Notes: generated from the letters alone by a model not told the origin. A stretch of 62,929 nt of DNA, filler included, from an uncultured Chlamydiae bacterium (GCA_937899275.1; 9 parts of 9 records of this genome joined end to end with filler, not necessarily neighbours in it); one strand, 5' to 3'; shown: positions 1 through 11,064, counted from the whole stretch's first letter. A program made the numbers and translations.

Positions 1-1053
1 AATATGAGTGGGGTTATTGGATTCATTTTGTTGGGCTGGGTTATAATTTGTTTTGCGTACCTCCTTCGTACACCCCTGGTTTAAGAATACAAAAACAGAA
101 AAAGCGATGTATGCAAAAACCGATGCGGCATTTGAACTGATCGAAAAGCTGGGCGTCAAATACTTTTGTTTTCACGATATCGATATTGCTTTTGAGGAAA
201 AAACCCTAGAAGAGACCCTTGGTTTAGTAAAAAAATCTGCTGAATACATCCAAAAAAAAATGGAAAAAACCACGCTCTTGGAGGGAAAAATTATGTATTT
301 TGGGGTGGACGTGAAGGATATGAAACGCTTTTACATACCAACACCCGTCAAGAACAAGAGCAGATGGCAAGATTTTTACATATGGTCGCTGAATACAAAG
401 AGTCGATTGGATTTAAAGGAAAGCTACTGATTGAGCCGAAGCCCTGTGAGCCGACAAAACATCAGTATGACCATGATAGCGCTGCAGTACACGCCTTTTT
501 ACTGCAACACGGATTAGAAAAGTCTTTTGCGCTAAATTTAGAAGCCAATCACGCAACGCTTGCAGGGCACAGCTTTTCTCATGAAGTCGATTACGCACTT
601 TCTCATAACTTATTGGGATCGATTGATGCGAATATCAGAGAAACACAACAAGACAATGATACCCAACAATTTCATATGGATAACCAATAATTAACATACG
701 TTATGTACCGGATAAAACAAGCAACAGGACTCAAAGAAGGGGGATGCAATTTTGATGCAAAAGTCCGCAGACAAAGCATCGATGCGGCAGATCTTTTCTA
801 CGGTCATATTGCAGGAATCGATACCCTTGCAAGGGCGTTATTGATTGGAGAAAAATTTCTGAAAAAAGCATTTTTACAGCAGCAGATCGATCAGCGCTAT
901 GCAAAATGGACTACCCCTTTAGGACAAAACATCTTAAATGGAAAAACCTCTCTTGCGGAACTTGTGCAGTCGGTCAATCTACAAGAAGAGCCGCTACTTT
1001 GTTCTGGTAAACAAGAGATGTTGGAAGCGCATATCAATAATGCCCTGCATTAA
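1..1053 (+). pseudogene. xylA: Xylose isomerase (class II), disrupted by frameshifts, an internal deletion and an in-frame stop; 5' end at window edge
   Basis: XylA motifs across frames: YFCFHDIDIA (53..), [18 protein letters not shown] (from ~280, frame of the 364 ORF), [54 protein letters not shown]. In-frame TAA at 688-690. Confidence 0.9.
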
Positions 1054-1107
1054 AATCCCTTTTTTCGTTACTATGAAGAAGGAAGAAGGTTAACTGGAGT
1101 ATGCACT

Positions 1108-2157
1108 ATGTCTGATATAGAATCGATTTTACAAGATGAAGCGGATTCTCTTCTCAATCACCAGTCGATTTATCCAAAAGAGCGTCTACATATCCCGTCT
1201 AGTGATTGGGTAGAGCGGATCTTTCAGCCTTCTGACCGTTCTGTGCGCGTTCTTTGCTCGTTACAATCGCTTTTTTCTCATGGCCGTTTAGCAAATACCG
1301 GATATGTATCTATTTTACCTGTGGATCAAGGCGTTGAGCACTCTGCAGGAGCATCTTTTGCTCCTAATCCCGAGTATTTCGATCCAGAAAATATCATTCA
1401 GCTGGCAATAGAAGGGGGGTGCAGCGGCGTTGCAAGCACTATGGGCGTTTTAAGTATGCTAGCTAGAAAATATGCTCATAAAATCCCTTTTATTTTGAAG
1501 TGCAACCATAATGAGCTTCTCAGTTTTCCGAACCGTCACGACCAAACACTTTTCGCTTCGGTAGAACAGGCCTATGAGATGGGATGCGTCGCAGTAGGCG
1601 CCACCATTTACTTTGGATCAGAAGAGTCGAGAAGACAAATTACCGAGGTCTCAGAATTATTTTCCATGGCCCACAGCTTAGGTATGGCCACAATTTTATG
1701 GTGTTATTTACGAAATGAGCACTTTAAAACAGGGGATAAAGACTTCCATACAGCAGCGGATCTTACAGGTCAGGCAAATCACTTAGGTGCAACGATTGGA
1801 GCAGATATCGTCAAACAAAAACTTCCGACAAATTACGGGGGGTATTCTACGTTAAAATTTGGTAAGTATGATGATGCTATGTATACGGAATTATCTAGTA
1901 GCCACCCTATCGATCTTTGCCGTTACCAAGTCATCAATAGCTATGATGGTAGAATTGGCTTGATTAATTCAGGAGGCGCATCTAAGGGAGCAGATGATCA
2001 TAAAGAAGCGGTAAAAACCGCTGTGATCAATAAAAGAGCCGGAGGTATGGGACTGATTTCTGGAAGAAAAGCGTTTCAAAAAAGCAGACAAGAAGGCATC
2101 AAAATTTTACACAGCATCCAAGATGTGTATCTAGATCAACGTATTACGATTGCGTGA
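1108..2157 (+). CDS. fbaB: Class I fructose-bisphosphate aldolase (DhnA/FbaB type)
   Basis: [27 protein letters not shown] (Schiff-base Lys), [17 protein letters not shown] motifs. Confidence 0.95.
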   Translation: MSDIESILQDEADSLLNHQSIYPKERLHIPSSDWVERIFQPSDRSVRVLCSLQSLFSHGRLANTGYVSILPVDQGVEHSAGASFAPNPEYFDPENIIQLAIEGGCSGVASTMGVLSMLARKYAHKIPFILKCNHNELLSFPNRHDQTLFASVEQAYEMGCVAVGATIYFGSEESRRQITEVSELFSMAHSLGMATILWCYLRNEHFKTGDKDFHTAADLTGQANHLGATIGADIVKQKLPTNYGGYSTLKFGKYDDAMYTELSSSHPIDLCRYQVINSYDGRIGLINSGGASKGADDHKEAVKTAVINKRAGGMGLISGRKAFQKSRQEGIKILHSIQDVYLDQRITIA

Positions 2158-2158
2158 G

Positions 2159-3580
2159 CTATCTTTCGTACGACCAAGGTAGCTGTTCCTCTACAAATTG
2201 AGGATAGCGCTGCTTTTTTTGCATTTCATAAAGGTCTTGCAGCTCTTCTTTATTTTGCGTTAAAAGACCTTCAATATACCGCTTTTGCGAGCGGTCTTCT
2301 AAATGAGGACTTGTTTGAGATCCTGCAACAGGTACGGTAAAAACAAAGTCATTGGGTAAATCTTTGATAGAAAGAGCCTGTTTCAAGCTTGCGCTATCTA
2401 CCGCAAGAGTCATATTGGTTTGGTTGTGCCAAAAATCGACATCGCCCCAGATGAAAAAATGGAGGAGATCTCCGATTAATACATCCATCCTCTCACTTTG
2501 CACCACGCCATCTTTTACCGAAAAATACAAGGGGGTAAACCAAACATCGAGCTTATGATCTTTAAATAGGGTACCATTTTTAACTAGGTGGACTGCATCT
2601 TTTAGTAAACCCTGATTGTAACAGGTGATTTTTCCCAAATCTAAGCGAGCATTTTTCAATGAAATATCCTTTACGTTCATGGGAAGGATAAAGTCTTTTT
2701 TAGGTATGCTCAACCTGACTGGAAAACTAGAAGAGGCGATATGTTGGAAAAAAGGGTGGATGTCTTTGAGTAAAAGTTGATTGAATGTAGGATTAGCGTA
2801 AAAATGCATATCTAAGGTATCGCTAAGCCTCATTTGGTTTTTTTCAATATAAGCAGATAATTGCGTTTTTAAATTAGAAGAATCGATGTACCAATTCGTA
2901 TTGCCTGTGCCATTTTTTAGAAATACTGTGCCCTCAAGCGAGGTATAACTACCAAAAATGCTTCTAAAAAATGCGTATTTATCCCCTAAAAAAAAATCAA
3001 AAAATCGGGAAGGAAGCCGCTTTGCATGCCACTGTAAATCGCAGGAAAACCTATCGATAGAACGGTGTTTGATCATATGGCAGATTGGAGAGAAATAACC
3101 GTGCAGGTAACACTTCCCAATGTTTGCAACGCCCTTAGAACGGGTATAAAAATCGATGTCTACATGAAATATCCCTTTTTTATTCTTTACTTTTGCATGT
3201 AAATGCTCATTTTAAATCTCAGGAAACCCTTCAGGGTGAAATTCAATATGCGCATTTTTTACCTCTAAAGGCCCTCGGAGCGTGGTCAAGCAGTTTTTGG
3301 AAAGCGCATGTAAAGAAGACCAAAAACTCATATGGCAAAGAAAGTCATCCACTTGAATATCCGCAAGCGCATTTTGTATGTGTAGTTCGGTAAACTTTTG
3401 CGGACCCCACCAGCTAAGCTCCATTGATTCAGCAGAAACAGTCCCATTGATATGGGATTCTATTGATCGTAAAAATAATCGTTTTCCAATACGAGTAGAG
3501 GCAATTTTCGGCAAAAATGCTAGGGATAAAATCACCATAAACAGGCCTGCAAACGCTGAGAAAAACCATCGCCTTTTCAT
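2159..3580 (-). CDS. Conserved hypothetical envelope protein (AsmA-like, N-terminal membrane anchor), interrupted by one in-frame TAA
   Basis: ORFs 3212..3580 and 2159..3076 are in the same frame. The intervening sequence is open (FPEI*NEHLHAKVKNKKGIFHVD...CHMIKHRS). N-terminal TM followed by beta-rich sequence. Confidence 0.55.
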
Positions 3581-3584
3581 ATTG

Positions 3585-5429
3585 TTAGTCCACCGTCACA
3601 CATTTGGCTAAATTACGAGGTTTATCGATAAGACGCCTTAGCGCTTTTGCAGTACCATAGGCAAATAACTGCCCAGCAATAGTTGCAGGAAAAACATCAA
3701 GAATATCGTTCATAGATGGCAAGTAGATCGTATCATCAGCAATTGATGCAATACCTGTTTGCGAAGAAGAGGCAATCGCTAAGATAGGGGCTTTTCGCGC
3801 CTTGATCTCTAATAGGTTGCTTGTGGTTTTAGCTAGGGTTTCTTGGTTGGCACAAAATGCAATGACCGGGCTATTTTCATCTAGAAGAGCAATAGGACCA
3901 TGTTTTAGCTCTCCTGCAGGGTAGCCATTTGCATCGATATAAGAGATCTCTTTTACTTTCAAAGCAGCTTCTAAACAAGCGGTGTACATATGCCTTCTGC
4001 CGAGATAAAATAATCTGTCATAAGAGCTGTAGGCATCGGCTATTTGGTAGATTTCATCAGCTTTTTCCAACACCTTGGATAGAGCTTTTGGGATCTGTTG
4101 AACAGAGGATACAAGAGCTGTTTGCCCTAAAAAAAGACGTTTTTTCTTTTGTGCAATATAGACGGCAAGTAAAAGAAGCGTTGCAATCTCTGATGTAAAA
4201 GCTTTGGTAGAACAAACGCTAATTTCTATTCCTGCATCCAAAAGGATGGTGTAATCGGATTCTCGAACGAGTGTAGAGTAGTTTACATTGCAAAGAGTTA
4301 AGGTTTTAATCCCTCTTTTTTTTGCTTCTCTAAGAGCTGCAATAGTATCGGCCGTTTCACCCGACTGACTAATTGCGATAAATAGCGTTTTTTTCGATAA
4401 AACAGGGCGTTTATACCTAAGTTCAGAGGCGATCTCTGCTCTGGAAGAGACTCCTGCAATTTCTTCAAAAAGGTCTGCTGCAAATTTACCTGCATGCCAA
4501 GATGTGCCGCAGCCGGCTAAAATGATCTGATCTACATCTACTAACCCTTTAAACGGAGTAAGCTCGGGAAATATAGGCGTGTTTTTCGGAAATCGTTTTT
4601 CTAGCAGATTTTCAATCATTTTTGGCTGCTCATAGATCTCTTTGAGCATATAATGCGCGTACCCTTCTTTCGACGGAGGACTAAGAGATTTTGCAGAAAA
4701 TTTGCGACTTTTAAGGGACAGCGCTTTCAGCCTAGAATCATAGATTTGTAGATGCCCTTTACGAATTAACGCAATTTGATCTTTTTCTAAAAATACTACG
4801 TCTAAATCCCTTCCGATAAATGTATTGGGATCCGAAGAGATAAACTGCTCTTTTTTACTTTGATTATATCCGATAGCTAAAGGGCTTTCCCTTGCTGCAG
4901 CTAACATCATATCGGGATAGTCCCTGTGGATAGCTACAATAGCAAAAGAGCCTTCGAGACTTTCCAATGTTTTAGAAAATGCTTCTAGTAAATCACCTTC
5001 GTACTGGTGATGCATCATCTGGACAATCACTTCGGTATCGGTATCTGAAAGAAATTGTTTTCCTAAAGCGCTTAGTTCTTGTTTCAAAGCATGGGAATTT
5101 TCGATGATTCCATTATGCACAAGAGCAAATGCTTTGGTTTCATCTAAGTGAGGATGTGCATTGGTATCATCTGGCTCACCATGGGTAGCCCACCTTGTGT
5201 GGCCTATAATAGCATCTAGCTGATCAAATGGAGGGGAGCTTAATTCGTTGGCTGCAAGCGCGTGAAAAAGGCCTTCTACAGAACCTTTTTTCTTAAATGA
5301 AAAGATTTCCTTGTTGAATACTACAGCTAATCCAGCGGAGTCATACCCTCGACTCTCAACACCTTTCAATCCCTGTAAACAGATATCTAAAGGGTTTTCT
5401 GGTCCTAAATAGGCAAAAATTCCACACAT
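3585..5429 (-). CDS. glmS: Glutamine-fructose-6-phosphate transaminase (isomerizing)
   Basis: MCGI N-terminus, RGYDSAG, GHTRWATHG, HNGIIEN, SQSGETADT, GELKHGP, PRNLAKCVTV. Confidence 0.97.
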   Translation of the reverse strand: MCGIFAYLGPENPLDICLQGLKGVESRGYDSAGLAVVFNKEIFSFKKKGSVEGLFHALAANELSSPPFDQLDAIIGHTRWATHGEPDDTNAHPHLDETKAFALVHNGIIENSHALKQELSALGKQFLSDTDTEVIVQMMHHQYEGDLLEAFSKTLESLEGSFAIVAIHRDYPDMMLAAARESPLAIGYNQSKKEQFISSDPNTFIGRDLDVVFLEKDQIALIRKGHLQIYDSRLKALSLKSRKFSAKSLSPPSKEGYAHYMLKEIYEQPKMIENLLEKRFPKNTPIFPELTPFKGLVDVDQIILAGCGTSWHAGKFAADLFEEIAGVSSRAEIASELRYKRPVLSKKTLFIAISQSGETADTIAALREAKKRGIKTLTLCNVNYSTLVRESDYTILLDAGIEISVCSTKAFTSEIATLLLLAVYIAQKKKRLFLGQTALVSSVQQIPKALSKVLEKADEIYQIADAYSSYDRLFYLGRRHMYTACLEAALKVKEISYIDANGYPAGELKHGPIALLDENSPVIAFCANQETLAKTTSNLLEIKARKAPILAIASSSQTGIASIADDTIYLPSMNDILDVFPATIAGQLFAYGTAKALRRLIDKPRNLAKCVTVD

Positions 5430-5580
5430 ATATTGCTGCGCTCACTTTTTCTTCATTATAGAGAATTCATTTTTCTATTTCCAACCAAAAGAGTATTAGA
5501 AAGATATGTTTTTGAGATTGTAAGATAATGAACTTCAGTCTCCTGTTGTCGTTCCTATTTTACCTAGAAACTTCCTCGTT

Positions 5581-5608
5581 ACTATACTAGACAGCAATAC
5601 TTTGTCAA
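5581..5608 (-). promoter_or_regulatory. Putative sigma66/sigma70 promoter for glmS
   Basis: Minus strand TTGACA-N16-TATAGT, about 150 bp upstream of the glmS start. Confidence 0.5.
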
Positions 5609-5625
5609 GAAGATGCAGACTTCTG

Positions 5626-6384
5626 TCAGCGGGATTTTTCTGCAACAATCGCCAGAAATAACGGAAAGTTTTCCCTTGCTCGATTTTCCATTTTTGCTAA
5701 GGGACCTGTACTGGTTTTATCTGAAACCCACTCCTCCATATCTAAAATGGTAAAGCCTTGAGAGCTGAGCGCTTTGGTGTAATCGCTTATGCTTCTATGA
5801 AAGGAGTAAGTTACCTCTTCTTGCCCTGCAGAAGGACGCATAAAAATAGGAATTTTCATCGGCTGCATATACGCATGAATACAGCGGGACTGCCATTTTT
5901 TTTCCCGGTTAACGATCCATGTGCTTTGCCTTGGAATCCGAAAACAGGGATGATTGAGCACTAAAACCAAACGTCCACCATCGTTTAGATGGGTGTAAGC
6001 GGTTTGGATAGCGTTTTGTAAAGGATCCATATTTTGCAGTGATAAAATATAGGTAGCTCGATCAAAAGTATCTTGTATGGGAAGTTTCTGGGTAGCATCT
6101 GCTACAATAAAACGTTTTTTTGCAGGCGTTTTGACTTGGTAGTTTTGCGCTTTTTTTATTAGGTCTTTAGATAGGTCTACCCCTACATACTGGATATGTT
6201 TTGGCAGGTGCCTTGCAAGTGCGCCGTTGCCACAGCCTAAGTCAAGTACTGAATGCGCTTGATCTAATTGCAGTAAGCGAAGCGAGCGGGGAAATACTAT
6301 CGATTGGTGGTAGTAACTGCCCTTTGCGCCGACGATCTTATCGTACCAGCTGCCAACATTTTCCCAAGAGGTGTCTTTTTTCAT
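5626..6384 (-). CDS. Class I SAM-dependent methyltransferase
   Basis: VLDLGCGNG motif I, GVDLS, NHPCFRIPRQS. Confidence 0.85.
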   Translation of the reverse strand: MKKDTSWENVGSWYDKIVGAKGSYYHQSIVFPRSLRLLQLDQAHSVLDLGCGNGALARHLPKHIQYVGVDLSKDLIKKAQNYQVKTPAKKRFIVADATQKLPIQDTFDRATYILSLQNMDPLQNAIQTAYTHLNDGGRLVLVLNHPCFRIPRQSTWIVNREKKWQSRCIHAYMQPMKIPIFMRPSAGQEEVTYSFHRSISDYTKALSSQGFTILDMEEWVSDKTSTGPLAKMENRARENFPLFLAIVAEKSR

Positions 6385-6440
6385 ACACCTACTTTACGAA
6401 AAATCAGAGAATCGATAAACGATAATTTAAGGTCTTATGC

Positions 6441-7427
6441 ATGAAAATCACAGAAAACGATTTAGAAAAGCCGGTTTCTACGTACATTATCCCAGTAGAA
6501 ACGCATCTTAACATCAACGATCGTATTGATGAGGCGCTACATAAAATCCGCACAGAGCTATCTAATGAAAAAATCCTCTATTTTTATGCAATAGACGACG
6601 AAGGCAAACTTGTAGGCACGCTTTCTACAAGACAGCTTCTGTTAAGCGATCCTACCTGTTTTGTGGGAGAAGTAGTCCAAGATCAGGTGGTGCATCTACA
6701 GCATACCCAAACCTTATCTGAGGCAATGGCGCTATTTGAAAAGCACCACCTATTAGCTCTACCAGTAATTGATGCAGAGGGAAAACTTCTCGGTACATTA
6801 AGCGTAAGTTTATACATGGACGGCTCGTTTAATGTAGCAGACGCACGACATAGAAGAGATGTCTTTCAGATTATGGGTTTATCGGTAGAAACGGGAAAAA
6901 AGTTTTCTGTAGTTCGGGGGTACCGTTTTCGGATGCCCTGGCTTTTTTGCAATATGATCTCAGGATTTATATGCGCTTTGATTGCGAGTAGAAATGAAGA
7001 GGTCCTCAACCAGTTTTTACTACTTGCTATGTTCATACCCCTTGTTCTTACCTTGTCAGAATCGGTTTCAATGCAGTCGATGACACAAAGCTTACAGTTT
7101 TTAAGAAGACCGAAAATTCAGCTGAAATACATCGCATTGCAGGTAAAAAAAGAGTGGAGCATCGTATTTTTGATTGCGGCTTCTTGCAGCTTGATTGTAG
7201 GTCTTTTATCCATGGTTTGGGGGGACGGACTTGCCCCTTCTTTGGTTATTGGATTTGGTATTTTGGTATCGGTGTTGATCTCTGCAGGTTTTGGTATTGT
7301 GTTTCCGATTTTTATTCACAAAACAAAATTAGATCCGAAGGTAGCATCTGGGCCTGTTGTACTGATGTTTGCCGACGCTTTTACGACATTTGTGTATTTA
7401 TCGACCGCTTCTTGGTTTCTTTTGTAG
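6441..7427 (+). CDS. mgtE: Magnesium transporter MgtE (CBS pair plus membrane domain)
   Basis: Two CBS domains, RMPWL, KLDPKVASGP...AD motif, five TM segments. Confidence 0.88.
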   Translation: MKITENDLEKPVSTYIIPVETHLNINDRIDEALHKIRTELSNEKILYFYAIDDEGKLVGTLSTRQLLLSDPTCFVGEVVQDQVVHLQHTQTLSEAMALFEKHHLLALPVIDAEGKLLGTLSVSLYMDGSFNVADARHRRDVFQIMGLSVETGKKFSVVRGYRFRMPWLFCNMISGFICALIASRNEEVLNQFLLLAMFIPLVLTLSESVSMQSMTQSLQFLRRPKIQLKYIALQVKKEWSIVFLIAASCSLIVGLLSMVWGDGLAPSLVIGFGILVSVLISAGFGIVFPIFIHKTKLDPKVASGPVVLMFADAFTTFVYLSTASWFLL

Positions 7428-8256
7428 GTTCCAGCTCTCTTTTCTACAAGAGTATAACACCATCGGAACGGTAAGAAAAAAGACCATACCTCCAATTAAT
7501 ATCAGTTCATAAAAAATGGTATTTCCCGTTGCAATTTGCTCGGGCGGGAAAAACCCTAAAATAAAAGAAAAAACGCAGGCAAGTATTCCTACAGAAGAGA
7601 CGATATAAAGTCCGTACCGACCAGGAATTTTGTATGCTCGCTTTTTATCGGGGTATTTATAACGAAGTACAATAGCTGATACAAACATCAAAAAGTACAT
7701 GATCAGATACAGTTGGATTGTCATATTCACTAAAATCCAGTAGGAGCTACTGACACTAGGCATAAGCAGAAAAATGCAGGATAAGATCGTGACAATGATT
7801 GCTTGTACAAGAAGAATACTTTGCGGCATATTTTTTTTATTTACCTTTTGAAAAAACGGAGGGAAATCCCCATCCAACGCAGAGGCAAAGATCCCTTTAA
7901 CCGGGCCTACAATCCATGTACTCATCATACCTAAAGCGCCTAAAGCCATGATCAATGCCACAAAAGGGATCAAAAAACCCACCTGGTAGTTCGCTAAAAA
8001 AACAGAAAAAGCCTCCATAGCTCCCGACGCTAAATTGATTGTTTTTTTTGGCACCACAATTGCTACAGATAAGGCCCCTAAAGAAGATAAAATCAAGATA
8101 ACAACCGCAGAAATGCCAATAGATTTGGGGTAGTCTTTTTGTGGGTTTTTCACCTCAGCTGCATGGACAGCGCTCATTTCCATACCAGCTAAAGCGAGTA
8201 AAATCCCAGAAAAAATCACGAGCTGATTGATGCTAGTCAAATTAGGAAAAAGCGCC
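7398..8256 (-). CDS. APC-family amino acid permease (GadC/YjeM-like), 5' truncated by linker
   Basis: AGMEMSAVHA, KNPQKDYPK, LRYKYPDKKRAYKIPG, multiple TMs. Confidence 0.85.
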
Positions 8257-8356
8257 NNNNNNNNNNNNNNNNNNNNNNNNNNNNNNNNNNNNNNNNNNNN
8301 TTAATTAATTAANNNNNNNNNNNNNNNNNNNNNNNNNNNNNNNNNNNNNNNNNNNN
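8257..8356. other. Artificial contig linker (N44-TTAATTAATTAA-N44)
   Basis: Identical 100-bp cassette with stops in all six frames. Also at 10339-10438, 12495-12594, 13713-13812, 17947-18046, 24079-24178, 25874-25973, 35897-35996. Confidence 0.98.
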
Positions 8357-9321
8357 GGTAGTTTGTAAGATAGCTTATCTACGCGGAGACTCCAGCCAAA
8401 AAACTTCATGATTAAGCTAGCAACTTTGCCTAAAGGGTTAGATAATCGATGGGCAATTACCCTGGCCATATTAGGTAAGCTGGTAAATGTTTGTCTTTTG
8501 ATGCTGACTACGCGGATGTCTTTTGGAAATTTGAATCCGTCTAATCCCAAAGCTTGTGTTGCACCTCCAAGGGAAAAGCCGCGTAAAATCAGTTCTTTGG
8601 CGTGTTGCTTTTTGATGAGGTAGTCAAGCGCTGCTTGATACGTGTTTTTTAGGTTTTCCTTTGTGGTTTCAAGAGTGCTACTACCAGCGCCAGGATGGCT
8701 TAGGATGAGTCCGTGAGACTTATGTAACTGCATATGTTGCGATAAATTGTGTACGGTAGCTGCTTGGTCAGCGGTTTGCGCAGTTCCTAAGCTTCAAAGC
8801 ATCAAACGGGCCGGTCTATCTGAAGGGATGTTATTGTTGATGATTTGTACCGCATCGACTGTTCCTTGTCCAACTTGTATGGAAAAGCGCTCAATTTGCA
8901 TGTCGGAAAAGCTGCCCCTTTCTACAGGAATATGCTCTAGAGGGTGTTCCAGGTTTTCAGAATTTGCACAATTCGGTAGACATTTCTGCCCCGCAGCAGG
9001 CACTACAAGCCAGCCCAGCATCTTATGAATGGTATCCCAATAAACTAGAGTTGTAGCAAGTAAAGTGGATATTAATAGGAAAAAAGAGGAGCGCCATAAG
9101 CTTGTGAAAATAGCTGCCACTACTAAAGTAGAGCGGATTTTACGCCAAAAAGGGAGAAAGGCGCTTAAAAAGCTGGAGCGCGGCTTATATACGTGTTTTA
9201 CAGGTAGAGCGTTAGTTGAAAATAGTGTTTTTTGCAGTTCGGTTGTAAAGGCAATGGAGGGGGAGGTAGCGCTGAACCGAGGACTTTCGCCTTGCGGCGT
9301 AGAAACGGGCTTAATAGACAT
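8357..9321 (-). CDS. Chlamydial alpha/beta-hydrolase-fold protein with N-terminal hydrophobic hairpin; one in-frame TGA; 3' truncated
   Basis: ORFs 8794..9321 and ..8733 are in frame (RLML*SLGTAQ...HMQLHK). GFSLGG nucleophile elbow; Ser/Thr/Pro-rich N-terminus. Confidence 0.65.
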
Positions 9322-9544
9322 AATACCTTCTTATTTTAGCGAGAACAGAAGTACTATACAAAAAATAGAAAAAAAAGGAATGGATTTTCTTTGGCTTTGA
9401 ATGTTTTTTTTATAAAAAATAGATTTTCATTATTTTATAAAATAAATAAAACTTTTTTATTACTTATTTATTAAAAAATATTTTTTATAAGAACAAGCTA
9501 TTTATTTACAAAACTGCGGAAAAATACGTAGATAATTTGTTGAT

Positions 9545-10243
9545 TTAGGCTTCGCTATCTAGAAAGAATCCTTGCAGCGCTTGTACAGTGGTAGCTACCC
9601 TTTTGTCTTCGTCTAACGCCTTGAGCTCTTGAAACCTTTTTGCAAGAGCTAAGAGTAATACAGTATTCCAATTTGTGGTGGGTAGATCTTTTCTTTTTGC
9701 GTGTTTTCGACAAACGCTTTGCCCGTTTTCTACATGAGAAGAAGGCTCGGTACAAAAAGCGCATCTAGGTGAAATATGCAGCGTCCCTTCATGAATCTGC
9801 AACTTGAGAGCAAAGCTTTGCGCTAAAATTTCTGGATGGGTAAATAAGGGGATTTTTTGCAGGTAGCTTTTGAAAAGTGCGTATAAAAGAGGCGCGGGTT
9901 TAACGCCGATTTGTGACGCGATGATGTTTTTTGCCATCTTTCCGGCTGATTGTAAATTGGCTAATGAAGAGCGTAAAGGAAAATTCCAGTCTAAAACTTG
10001 ATGATCGATAATCGAGTCCAAATTAGAAAGGTTTTTTTTCAGTAGTAATTCTGATACACAAAAAGGGTGGCTCATATAGGTAGGCTCTTTTTTTCTTCTT
10101 TTATGAAATAAAGGAAATAAACCCTCTGGAGTAAATACCTGTAAGATCGCTCCTCGATCTAAGTAGGGCTTCGATTGGAGTAAAATCCCTTGCACCTGTT
10201 TCTCTTTACTAGGCAAAAACCACACCTTTTGGTAAAATTGCAT
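9545..10243 (-). CDS. recO: DNA repair protein RecO
   Basis: N-terminal OB-fold pattern (GILLQSKPYLD...QVFTPEG), CAFC...VCRKH zinc motif, typical length. Confidence 0.8.
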   Translation of the reverse strand: MQFYQKVWFLPSKEKQVQGILLQSKPYLDRGAILQVFTPEGLFPLFHKRRKKEPTYMSHPFCVSELLLKKNLSNLDSIIDHQVLDWNFPLRSSLANLQSAGKMAKNIIASQIGVKPAPLLYALFKSYLQKIPLFTHPEILAQSFALKLQIHEGTLHISPRCAFCTEPSSHVENGQSVCRKHAKRKDLPTTNWNTVLLLALAKRFQELKALDEDKRVATTVQALQGFFLDSEA

Positions 10244-10252
10244 TCATATTCA

Positions 10253-10326
10253 GCACCGATAGCTCAATTGGATAGAGTACTTGGCTTCGGACCAAGTGGT
10301 TAGAGGTTCGAGTCCTCTTCGGTGCA
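10253..10326 (+). tRNA. tRNA-Arg (anticodon TCG)
   Basis: Acceptor GCACCGA/TCGGTGC, D-arm AGCTCAATTGGATAGAGT, anticodon stem CTTGG/CCAAG with loop CTTCGGA, GGTTCGAGTCC T-arm; CCA not encoded. Confidence 0.95.
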
Positions 10327-10438
10327 ATTATACACAAGNNNNNNNNNNNNNNNNNNNNNNNNNNNNNNNNNNNNNNNNNNNNTTAATTAATTAANNNNNN
10401 NNNNNNNNNNNNNNNNNNNNNNNNNNNNNNNNNNNNNN

Positions 10439-10858
10439 TTACGACAAAACAAGATGGTAGGTATTGGTGAACAGTTTCAGTATATCCTCCGCGATGAATC
10501 TATCCATTTAAACTTTGGAATCGATCTCATCAACGGAATCAAAGAAGAAAATCCTGAGGCGTTTACCCCTGCATTCCAAAAAGAGATGAAAGATCTCATT
10601 ATGGAAGCAGTCGAACTGGAAATCGCTTATGCTAAAGACTGTTTGCCAAGAGGCATTTTAGGACTCACTGCACCGATGTTCCGCGAATACGTCCAGTATA
10701 TCGCAGATCGCCGGTTAGAAAGAATTGGTCTAACTACAGAGTACCACTCGAAAAATCCATTCCCATGGATGAGTGAGACAATCGACCTTGGAAAAGAAAA
10801 AAACTTTTTCGAAACAAGAGTCACTGAATACCAATCTGCTTCTAATCTTGTCTGGTAA
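10439..10858 (+). CDS. nrdB: Ribonucleotide reductase beta subunit, C-terminal part (5' truncated)
   Basis: [35 protein letters not shown]. Confidence 0.93.
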   Translation, partial: LRQNKMVGIGEQFQYILRDESIHLNFGIDLINGIKEENPEAFTPAFQKEMKDLIMEAVELEIAYAKDCLPRGILGLTAPMFREYVQYIADRRLERIGLTTEYHSKNPFPWMSETIDLGKEKNFFETRVTEYQSASNLVW

Positions 10859-10865
10859 ATAATAA

Positions 10866-10910
10866 GCGCTCTACCAAGGTGGGTTGCCACCTTCGTAGAG
10901 CGCAGTTTTT
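10866..10910 (+). terminator. Rho-independent terminator after nrdB
   Basis: GCGCTCTAC-CAAGGTGG...CCACCTT-CGTAGAGCGC hairpin followed by a T-rich tail. Confidence 0.75.
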
Positions 10911-11064
10911 CTTCTCTACAGCCTCTTTGACTAAGACGCTTTCAAGTCATTTATGCACCGAGACTAGAACGTTTTTAACGTCACTCTTAGAGAATACTCC
11001 CCCCGTTTATTGCCATCTACAAGTAGGCCAAATCTTGTCTAGCTAGCTATCCTTCGCTCGATTT

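Noticed and set aside
5430..5580. glmS ribozyme in the glmS leader
   Set aside because: The conserved AGCGCC...GACGAGG core and pairing could not be found.
8301..8312. TTAATTAATTAA repeated eight times as a biological repeat
   Set aside because: Always flanked by exactly 44 N on each side; it is an artificial six-frame stop linker.
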